DNA of 32,000 nucleotides, taken from the NCBI GenBank assembly GCA_965219535.1, contig CBDCNV010000002.1, forward strand, positions 960,001 through 992,000, read 5' to 3'. The notes beneath the pieces were generated by a model. That model saw nothing but the letters and a program-made list of their open reading frames with translations, was not told the DNA's origin and made no database searches. Positions 1 through 6,381 of the stretch are shown in pieces. Positions within the stretch are counted from its first letter, which is position 1; the number at the start of each line of letters is the position of its first letter. Both the position numbers and the translations under genes were made by a program. This stretch comes from Opitutales bacterium (lineage in GTDB: Bacteria; Verrucomicrobiota; Verrucomicrobiia; Opitutales; PNEW01).

Positions 1-1279
1 AAAGTATACCGATCCGTAATTTTTTTAGCAGAGTTGGTTTCGCCGGGGCGCGCAAGGTAAAATAATCAAATTTACCCGACTCAATTTCTTCGCGGCTCGT
101 TTCGATATTGTCAGGGTTGAGAAAGACATGGAATCCGCCGTAAGTTCCATAGGATATCCAGTTCAACTCTTCTTCTTTGAATACCTGGTTTAATTCATCT
201 TGCAATTGTCTTCCGTAATTGATGGCGCGCTCGCAAACATCCGTGGATTTCACAATCTCGAGGGCCGCAATTCCCGCAACGCAGGAAGTAGGCATTGCGT
301 TATAGGTGCCTTGATGTCCGATCTTTTCAATATTCGCATTTTTTGCGTGTTTGAAATCCAGGAGATCGAGGATATCTTTTCTTCCCACGATAGCGGCGCC
401 ATGCATACCTGCCGAGATAATTTTCCCCAGCGAGGTCAGGTCGGGTGTGATTCCCAATGCACCTTGAAGGCCGCCGGGGGAACAGCGGAAGCCGCAAATG
501 ACCTCATCAAAAAAAAGTAGGATATCTCGTTTTGCTGTTATTTCGCGCAACGATTGAAGAAAAGCCTTGGTTACCGGTACCTGGCCCCAGCTTGAACCAG
601 TCGGTTCCAGGATCACGGCTGCGATATCATCATGTGATTCAATAATACGTCGCGTCTCTTCGATATCCCAGGGGGGTGCAATAACTACATTATCCGCAAT
701 TTCAGGTAATATGCCGGTTGTGGGTGTGCCATCGAAATGAGAAGCAAATCCGAACGACACATGATCTTGCCAACCGTGAAAATGGCCAGTGAAGCGAAGA
801 ATTTTATTGCGACCGGTGAAAGCGCGCGCCAAGCGCAATCCTAAAAGCGTTGCTTCGGTTCCAGAATTAGTGAGACGCACGCGTTCGGCGCAGGGTATCA
901 TTTCCTGGATAAGTGTTCCCCACTTTACTTCCAATTCATGAGAGGCCCCGTAGTGTGTTCCATTACCTATTTGCTTTTCAACGGCTTCGACTAAGGCTGG
1001 ATGGGCGTGACCCAAGAGCAGGGCACCGTGACCTCCGGTATAATCGACATATTCATTTCCGTCTACATCCCACTTGTGTGAACCTCGAGCGCGGTTTACA
1101 TAAATGCCATAGGGCTCGACATTGCGTACATCGTGAGTGATACCGCTGGGAAAAATCTCTCTCGCGCGTTCAGCCAACTGCGCTGAACCTGGGGTCTTTC
1201 GGCAATACTCTTCGACGATAGGGGAGTCGATTAAATCTTCCGGTACCAGTGGGGACAAGGGTTTTGTGATAGAAGCCAT
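1..1279 (-). CDS. Class-III (fold type I) PLP aminotransferase, glutamate-1-semialdehyde aminomutase-like; the C-terminal end runs off the window
   Basis: Absent from the ORF track because it is open to base 1. Hand translation from ATG (reverse complement of cat 1277-1279) gives MASITKPLSPLVPEDLIDSPIVEEYCRKTPGSAQLAERAREIFPSGITHDVRNVEPYGIYVNRARGSHKWDVDGNEYVDYTGGHGALLLGHAHPALVEAVEKQ... and later LLFFDEVICGFRCSPGGLQGALGITPDLTSLGKIISAGMHGAAIVGRKDILD. The DEV..GFR and SLGK (PLP-lysine) motifs are present. I saw no in-frame stop in the stretches I translated: about 901-1279, and 520 down to base 2. The middle, about 521-900, was not re-derived by hand. Confidence 0.9.
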   Translation of the reverse strand, partial: MASITKPLSPLVPEDLIDSPIVEEYCRKTPGSAQLAERAREIFPSGITHDVRNVEPYGIYVNRARGSHKWDVDGNEYVDYTGGHGALLLGHAHPALVEAVEKQIGNGTHYGASHELEVKWGTLIQEMIPCAERVRLTNSGTEATLLGLRLARAFTGRNKILRFTGHFHGWQDHVSFGFASHFDGTPTTGILPEIADNVVIAPPWDIEETRRIIESHDDIAAVILEPTGSSWGQVPVTKAFLQSLREITAKRDILLFFDEVICGFRCSPGGLQGALGITPDLTSLGKIISAGMHGAAIVGRKDILDLLDFKHAKNANIEKIGHQGTYNAMPTSCVAGIAALEIVKSTDVCERAINYGRQLQDELNQVFKEEELNWISYGTYGGFHVFLNPDNIETSREEIESGKFDYFTLRAPAKPTLLKKLRIGIL

Positions 1280-1289
1280 GATGCATCCT

Positions 1290-2009
1290 TTATTTGCCAG
1301 CTATTTGTTTTTTAATTTTATCGATTTGATTTTTAAATTCGTCGCGCGCTGCAATGCATTTCTCTTTTGTGGGGTTATCACTTTTCACCGTTTCAAGGAT
1401 TACTCCCTCTGCAGCGATAAAATCACCCGCTACATCGGCAACTTCTGAAGCGATCTCAAGAGGAATGGTCGTGACGCCATTATGATCACCGTGGATAAGA
1501 TCATTGGGATTGATCACCGTGCCACCCACTTTGATTTGCACACATATTTGAGGTATTTGTCCATAACCATGGGAACAATTAGTGCCATTGGTGAATACGG
1601 GGAAGCCAATTTCTCTAACCTGATCCAGATCACGACCAGCTCCGCTTGTTACAAGCCCCACCGCGCCAAAAGCTTTATAGGTATTACACATAATGTCACC
1701 AAATGTCGCGGCGACGGTGGGTACATCCAGGTCCTGAAAGATAATGACTGCGGGCCCGGATAATTCTTCGAACCGATCGATCTGCTCGAGCAATTTATCA
1801 TAGGGTCCTCTATCATTATGAGGCGCAGCTGAACGATAAGTCGCGGTAGAGGCAAAACCTACCATGGGGGGGAGTTCATGGAAACAGGATTTTATGCCCT
1901 GGTCCATGTATCCCGCGGTAAATGGGCGGACATCGAATAGCTCGATGACGTTGCAAATTGTGGCAGTGTCGATCTGGCGTAATTTATCTAAAACATTATT
2001 TGCGATCAT
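1290..2009 (-). CDS. RraA-family protein (class II HMG/CHA aldolase / oxaloacetate decarboxylase-like)
   Basis: 239-aa ORF. ATICNVIELFDVRP at the N-terminus and GAVGLVTSGAGRDLDQV (the GxxGxVxxGxxRD signature of the RraA/HMG-aldolase fold). Its stop is 10 nt upstream of the aminotransferase start, so the two are probably co-transcribed. Confidence 0.85.
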   Translation of the reverse strand: MIANNVLDKLRQIDTATICNVIELFDVRPFTAGYMDQGIKSCFHELPPMVGFASTATYRSAAPHNDRGPYDKLLEQIDRFEELSGPAVIIFQDLDVPTVAATFGDIMCNTYKAFGAVGLVTSGAGRDLDQVREIGFPVFTNGTNCSHGYGQIPQICVQIKVGGTVINPNDLIHGDHNGVTTIPLEIASEVADVAGDFIAAEGVILETVKSDNPTKEKCIAARDEFKNQIDKIKKQIAGK

Positions 2010-2047
2010 TAAGTGGATTCAAATAGGCACGCATCTGATATTCAACA

Positions 2048-2422
2048 CTAATATTTTTTCCCATGAACAATGGGATAATTTGTGTTTGAGCGCTGTCCAC
2101 CTGTTCCCTCTCCACCGCTTAATCCTGATAAAATACCAAAAATAACGCCAACATAGTTGCGCTCGGTTACCACTTGAGGGTCCTGTTTCTTATTATTAAA
2201 ACCACGCGCGTACCAATCGTTTCCAAATTTTTCCTGTAATAAATGCCCGACCAAATCACCATTACGGTCGCGATAAACGACAGACATGTCCATTTTCAGC
2301 TTATTATAGGAAGCGGTTTCTATGATGAGGACACTATTATCACCATAGTAAGGAAGCATAGACTTTCCACTTCCACGCATGATTTTTTTAATCATTATTG
2401 TGGGATACCAGTTTTTCCGCAT
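2048..2422 (-). CDS. Small S24/S26 (LexA / signal-peptidase fold)-like protein
   Basis: 124-aa ORF. RGSGKSMLPYYGDNSVLIIE resembles the G-x-S-M-x-P nucleophile motif followed by GD. VVYRDRNGDLVGHLLQEK and RGFNNKKQDPQVVTERNYVGVI resemble later S26 boxes. There is no transmembrane anchor. It is the first gene of the 2422-to-1 minus-strand operon. Confidence 0.45.
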   Translation of the reverse strand: MRKNWYPTIMIKKIMRGSGKSMLPYYGDNSVLIIETASYNKLKMDMSVVYRDRNGDLVGHLLQEKFGNDWYARGFNNKKQDPQVVTERNYVGVIFGILSGLSGGEGTGGQRSNTNYPIVHGKKY

Positions 2423-2653
2423 CGCTGATTGCTCTTTCGAAGGTAACGATCGTATTAGGAGTTATCACGTCAGATAACACGATTGTTCTTCCGAATAAGA
2501 TTATGGTGAAAATTAACGTTAATCTGAAAAAATACCTTATTGCTCGGTGCATACATAAGGTAACGTAATTTATGCGCTAGTTACTTATCGGACAATAACT
2601 GTAATTTTATGAGTGAAACCATGGATGCGCTATCCGTGATTTCCTGTAGCGTT

Positions 2654-2742
2654 GCTGAATGCGGATTGGTGCAGGATATATCTAAGCTTCGTCTACGTCA
2701 ACTTTGGACAAAGACGAGGAGGTAGACGAAGACGAAGATCAA
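2654..2742. repeat. Degenerate relative of the GCGTGAATGCG-type intergenic element, plus a hexamer-phased GACNAN run
   Basis: gctgaatgcggattgg (compare gcgtgaatgcgg in the other copies), caactttggac (compare aaccttggac at 21290), then gacaaa gacgag gaggta gacgaa gacgaa gatcaa (2707-2742) with 6-nt phasing. Confidence 0.35.
2687..2731 (-). terminator. Perfect 10-bp stem hairpin downstream of the htpG stop (candidate terminator or RNA structure)
   Basis: cttcgtctac (2687-2696) is the exact reverse complement of gtagacgaag (2722-2731), with a 25-nt loop. It lies 50-95 nt 3' of the htpG stop on the minus strand. No U-tract follows, so an intrinsic-terminator role is uncertain. Confidence 0.3.
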
Positions 2743-2779
2743 CGTCAGCAGCGTGTATCTTCCTCTCTTAACTTAAAGC

Positions 2780-4657
2780 TTATTTGCTTTTACTGCCTGG
2801 TGAGGATTTATTATCCTTGGTAACGCGTTCGAGAATTTCGTATACACGGTTGACCATACTACGCGGGTCTTCAACGAAACCAGCGGCGACCATCGCATTG
2901 TCAAAAATCTGTTCGACAACCATTTTCGCCAAAGATTCATCTTTTCCCTTAAGTGAGGCCAGATTTTTAATCAGGGTGTGACGAGAATTGATTTCAAGAT
3001 TTACTAAGGGAGCAGTGTCAATGTCCTGTTGCATGGCTTTCATCATTCGGCGCATGCTCGCGGTCATCATCTTATCGGCGTTGAGAACGACGGCCGGACT
3101 GTCAACCAATCGGGTGCTATTCGTTACTTCCTTTACCTTTTCGCCTAATGTTCCACTGATGAACTGACACAGATCATTAAGTTTGTCTTCGGCTAACGGT
3201 TTTCCCTTGGTGGGAGTATCTTCAAGTTCCAGATCAGCTTGATCGGCGGATACAATCTTTTTACCGTCAAACTCAGCGAGGTGGCCTAAGGCAAATTCGT
3301 CGATCGAATCGTAGACGAAAAGCACTTCCAAGTTACGGGCCTTAAAAGTTTCGAGATAGGGTCCCGCTTCAATCGTACTTCGGCTGGGGGCATGAATATA
3401 ATAGATTTCTTTTTGGTCTTCCTTCATCCGTGAAACCACATCTGCTAAACTGGTGAGTTTTTCAGGGTCGGTTAAAGATGACTCGTAGCGTAAAAGTTTA
3501 CCGAGCTGCTCACGATGATTGGGATCAATTGCGATCCCTTCTTTCAGGTAGACATTAAATTTGGAGTAAAACTTTTCATAGCTTTCAGGATTCTTTTTCG
3601 CTTCATCAATAAGAAATTTCAAAAAACGTCGTGTAAGCACCCGATTGAGCTTTTGCACAAGGGCGCTGTCCTGCATTGTTTCTCGCGAGATATTTAATGG
3701 GAGATCCGCACTGTCTACGACCCCCTTGAGGAAACGTAACCATTCTGGTAGTAACCCATCAGGATTACTATCGATAAGAATTTTCCTGCAAAACAGTCCG
3801 ACTCCCGATTCAATACGACCGAAGCCCCAGCGTTCGGTGTTCTCCTGAGGAACAAAAAGCAGAGCATTAATGGCCAGGGGTGCATCGGCGGCGAAATGAA
3901 GATGGAACATCGGCTCATCAAAAGCATTGGCCTGAAATTTATAAAATTCAGTATATTCCTCATCTTTGATTTCATTCTTGTTTCGCATCCATAAAGCTTG
4001 AACGGTGTTTACCTTTTCACCGTTAAGATTTATAGGGAACTGAACAAAACTGGAGTAACGTTCGAGGATACCTTTAATGCGATCTTTCTTCGCAAATTCT
4101 ATATCTTCGTCCTTGAACTTAATTACGATTTTACATCCACGGCGTTGTCCGTCCACGGTTTCGATAGAATAATCTCCTGCGCCCGTGCTTTCCCAGAGCA
4201 GATGCTCGGCATCAGGTTGCCATGAATGAGTATAAACTTGAACGGATTCAGCCACCATAAAAGCGCTGTAAAACCCGACGCCAAATTGACCAATAAGGTT
4301 CGTGTCCGCTTCCTTATCCTCCTTTATCGCCTGGAGAAACGCTTTAGAGCCTGAGTGTGCGATCGTTCCCAGGTTTTCCACCAATTCATCACGGGTCATT
4401 CCGATACCGAAATCATGGATTGTGAGGGTGCCCGCTGTTTCATCACTCGTGATATTTATTTCAAGTTCGAGTCGATCATCGAAGATCTCCTTTTCAACAA
4501 GCTGCGTGTGCCTAATTTTCTCGAGGGAGTCAGAGGCATTCGATACCAGTTCGCGGACAAAGATTTCTTTGTCCGTGTAAAGAGAGTTGATGACAATACT
4601 GAGCAGCTGTTTAACTTCTGCTTGAAACTCGTGTTTTTCCGGTGTAGTGGTAGCCAT
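2780..4657 (-). CDS. htpG: Molecular chaperone HtpG (Hsp90 family)
   Basis: The 627-aa ORF contains EKHEFQAEVKQLLSIVINSLYTDKEIFVRELVSNASDSLEKIR and GQFGVGFYSAFMVA, which are canonical Hsp90 N-domain motifs. The track start at 4663 is TTG. The ATG two codons later (4657, MATTTPEKHEF) is the likelier start. Confidence 0.97.
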   Translation of the reverse strand: MATTTPEKHEFQAEVKQLLSIVINSLYTDKEIFVRELVSNASDSLEKIRHTQLVEKEIFDDRLELEINITSDETAGTLTIHDFGIGMTRDELVENLGTIAHSGSKAFLQAIKEDKEADTNLIGQFGVGFYSAFMVAESVQVYTHSWQPDAEHLLWESTGAGDYSIETVDGQRRGCKIVIKFKDEDIEFAKKDRIKGILERYSSFVQFPINLNGEKVNTVQALWMRNKNEIKDEEYTEFYKFQANAFDEPMFHLHFAADAPLAINALLFVPQENTERWGFGRIESGVGLFCRKILIDSNPDGLLPEWLRFLKGVVDSADLPLNISRETMQDSALVQKLNRVLTRRFLKFLIDEAKKNPESYEKFYSKFNVYLKEGIAIDPNHREQLGKLLRYESSLTDPEKLTSLADVVSRMKEDQKEIYYIHAPSRSTIEAGPYLETFKARNLEVLFVYDSIDEFALGHLAEFDGKKIVSADQADLELEDTPTKGKPLAEDKLNDLCQFISGTLGEKVKEVTNSTRLVDSPAVVLNADKMMTASMRRMMKAMQQDIDTAPLVNLEINSRHTLIKNLASLKGKDESLAKMVVEQIFDNAMVAAGFVEDPRSMVNRVYEILERVTKDNKSSPGSKSK

Positions 4658-4782
4658 ATTCAATAGTGAAGATTTGATTGTTCTGGATAAAAGTAGTGAC
4701 GGTATTTGAGATTATAGAAACCATCCAACGTAACAATCGCAAAAAAAAAATCAAGTTCATCGATCAGGGAATAAGCGAAAAT

Positions 4783-4950
4783 GCGTGAAAGCGGGAACGC
4801 GTGAATGCGGGGACAGGAAGCCCGGGAATCCGGAAGTCCAGAAAGCCGGACTTTATCCTCTCTACGGATTATGGAACACGGATTGATTCCAACAGATAAA
4901 ACACTCTTTCAACCTCTGAACCTTGAACAGGGAATCTCCCAACCTAAAAC
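4783..4950 (+). repeat. Composite short-period intergenic element, copy A (phased octamers, then AAC-phased heptamers)
   Basis: Octamer phasing: gcgtgaaa|gcgggaac|gcgtgaat|gcggggac|aggaagcc|cgggaatc|cggaagtc|cagaaagc|cggacttt (4783-4854). Then ...acggattatggaacacggattgatt... Then aacctctg|aaccttg|aacaggg|aatctccc|aacctaaaac (4911-4950). It aligns by eye to copy B at both ends. Confidence 0.75.
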
Positions 4951-5036
4951 ATAACATCTAAAACCAAGCAGGATTTGATATTTACGCAGACATAGATGAA
5001 GCTCAGGGGACAAGTAAAATCAGCCTATCTAATAGA

Positions 5037-5381
5037 ATTCAAATCAAGCGCATCTACGAGGAACCCGGTAAAATAGAAGGTTTCAAAATTCTCGTCGATC
5101 GCTTATGGCCGCGCGGCTTAGCAAAGGAGGAGGTAAAAATAGATCTATGGCTCAAAGAGATTGCTCCTTCAAACGAACTTAGAAAATGGTTTGGTCATGA
5201 GAGAGAAAAGTGGAGCGAGTTCAAAACTCGTTACTTCGAGGAATTAAACCGCAATTCAATACTGGTCGAAAGACTTATGCATGAAGTGAACGAAAGGCCT
5301 GTTATCTTTCTTTATTCATCAAAGGAAGAAAGATTTAACAATGCGGTTGCCCTGAAAGAGTATATTGAGGGACGGCAGTAA
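5037..5381 (+). CDS. DUF488 (YeaO-like) family protein; start codon unresolved
   Basis: Frame open from 4962 to TAA at 5379-5381. Translation: ...[117 protein letters not shown]. This closely parallels E. coli YeaO (MNIQCKRVYD...[13 protein letters not shown]...). It is missing from the ORF track because there is no in-frame ATG/GTG/TTG before residue RLM-H. 5037 is an ATT codon, listed only as a provisional start. Confidence 0.65.
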   Translation: MQIKRIYEEPGKIEGFKILVDRLWPRGLAKEEVKIDLWLKEIAPSNELRKWFGHEREKWSEFKTRYFEELNRNSILVERLMHEVNERPVIFLYSSKEERFNNAVALKEYIEGRQ

Positions 5382-5388
5382 GGAGAAT

Positions 5389-5508
5389 GCGTGAATCTAG
5401 AAAGCCAGCAATCCGGAGAGCCGGACAGATTTATCAATCGTGGATTGAAACAAGAAGCAGAAACTTTTCACTCAACCTCTGAACCCTGAACTGGGAACCT
5501 TGAACCCG
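5389..5508 (+). repeat. Composite short-period intergenic element, copy B
   Basis: gcgtgaat|ctagaaag|ccagcaat|ccggagag|ccggacag (5389-5428), ...gtggattgaaac..., then aacctctg|aaccctg|aactggg|aaccttg|aacccg (5474-5508). Same orientation as copy A. It fills the convergent gap between DUF488 and the 5511-6212 gene. Confidence 0.75.
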
Positions 5509-5510
5509 AT

Positions 5511-6212
5511 TTACTGCAACTCAAAGCTACAAGCTGTGTGTGGATTACCTAGAAAGACGAGGCGTTCTTTCATTTCGTTTAAGGCTGCGCGCACGGAGGA
5601 GAATGAATTTGAAAGGGTAGCGTAAATACGGTCTAGGTTGTAAGTCTGGGCAAGGTTATGACTGCTCGCAGCGTGGAACTGAGCACTGCCAATCGACTCA
5701 TAATAATTCAAATTAGGAGCCGCTTTCATTTTAGCTCGATATTCAATATGATCGGGAAACACACCGGTGAGGATGAGCGCGGAATTCCCTAAGCTGCTGA
5801 CAAGATAAAAGCGAGTATGGAAATCCGCACACTCTATTTCGCCCAGGACATCGACCGCGTAGAAAAATGCTTCGCGTGCATTCGAATTTGCGCCGGGCTG
5901 CTGGCGCACAAATTGCGCCAAAACGCTGGCCACATAATCGGCGAGCTCACGGTCCTCGAGACCAACTTCTTTAAGAACATGATGAACGAGGATATAAAAA
6001 TATAAATGCAGAGAAATACGAAGATGGTCCGGTGATTCAATGATGGCATGAAAGAGTGTGCTGTCGTCAAGAATCAGATCTCTTGTATTTTCATCAAGCA
6101 AGAGCGATACCAACGCCTGTTCATCTTTCAATTCCACTCTTAAAACTGCCAAAATGAATTCTATGTCAGCGCGTGTCAGCTTTGAACGGCAATACGGCTG
6201 TATAACTTTCAT
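5511..6212 (-). CDS. Hypothetical protein (predicted all-helical, soluble)
   Basis: 233-aa ORF with coding-like composition. I recognise no motif. Confidence 0.6.
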   Translation of the reverse strand: MKVIQPYCRSKLTRADIEFILAVLRVELKDEQALVSLLLDENTRDLILDDSTLFHAIIESPDHLRISLHLYFYILVHHVLKEVGLEDRELADYVASVLAQFVRQQPGANSNAREAFFYAVDVLGEIECADFHTRFYLVSSLGNSALILTGVFPDHIEYRAKMKAAPNLNYYESIGSAQFHAASSHNLAQTYNLDRIYATLSNSFSSVRAALNEMKERLVFLGNPHTACSFELQ

Positions 6213-6381
6213 AACAATTTAAAGTATAAAGACAATCGGGAGAAGACGCAAGGAGTATATGTTACCCTTCACTGTAAGTTATCACTTAAAAATGTTCCGA
6301 ATTTATCTTGTAATTTCGTGGTTAGAGAATAATCGGATAAACAGATTGTAACTTTAATCGAGAAATGAAGACGATTAGATT

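Noticed and set aside
200-1448. Plus-strand ORFs 200-520, 913-1140 and 1137-1448 from the track
   Set aside because: They lie antisense to, and fully inside, the strongly motif-supported aminotransferase and RraA genes. Their translations are low-complexity or Arg/Cys/His-rich, as is typical of shadow ORFs.
2784-4666. Multiple ORFs on both strands inside htpG (for example 3515-3697 +, 3715-3975 -, 4302-4580 +, 4355-4666 +)
   Set aside because: The unambiguous Hsp90 reading frame covers the whole interval. The alternatives have no recognisable motifs and are shadow frames.
4664-4780. Heat-shock regulatory elements upstream of htpG (a sigma32-type CTTGAAA-N13-15-CCCCATNT promoter, or a CIRCE inverted repeat)
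   Set aside because: There is only a TATAAT hexamer (reverse complement of 4711-4716) without a convincing -35, plus a cTTGAtt followed by T10. There is no CCCCAT-like -10 and no TTAGCACTC-N9-GAGTGCTAA. This is not enough to call a promoter.
4805-4954. 49-codon ORF (MRGQEARESGSPESRT...) inside repeat copy A, and a 38-codon ORF at 2609-2725
   Set aside because: The corresponding stretches of copies B and C are closed or in different frames, so the repeat is not conserved as a protein. The similarity is at the nucleotide and periodicity level.
4783-5508. Short-period arrays as a CRISPR array or a classic MITE/IS
   Set aside because: The units are 7-8 nt with no unique spacers of 25-40 nt, so this is not a CRISPR array. 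I could not find terminal inverted repeats or target-site duplications, and no transposase or integrase is present in the window, so a MITE or IS assignment is unsupported.
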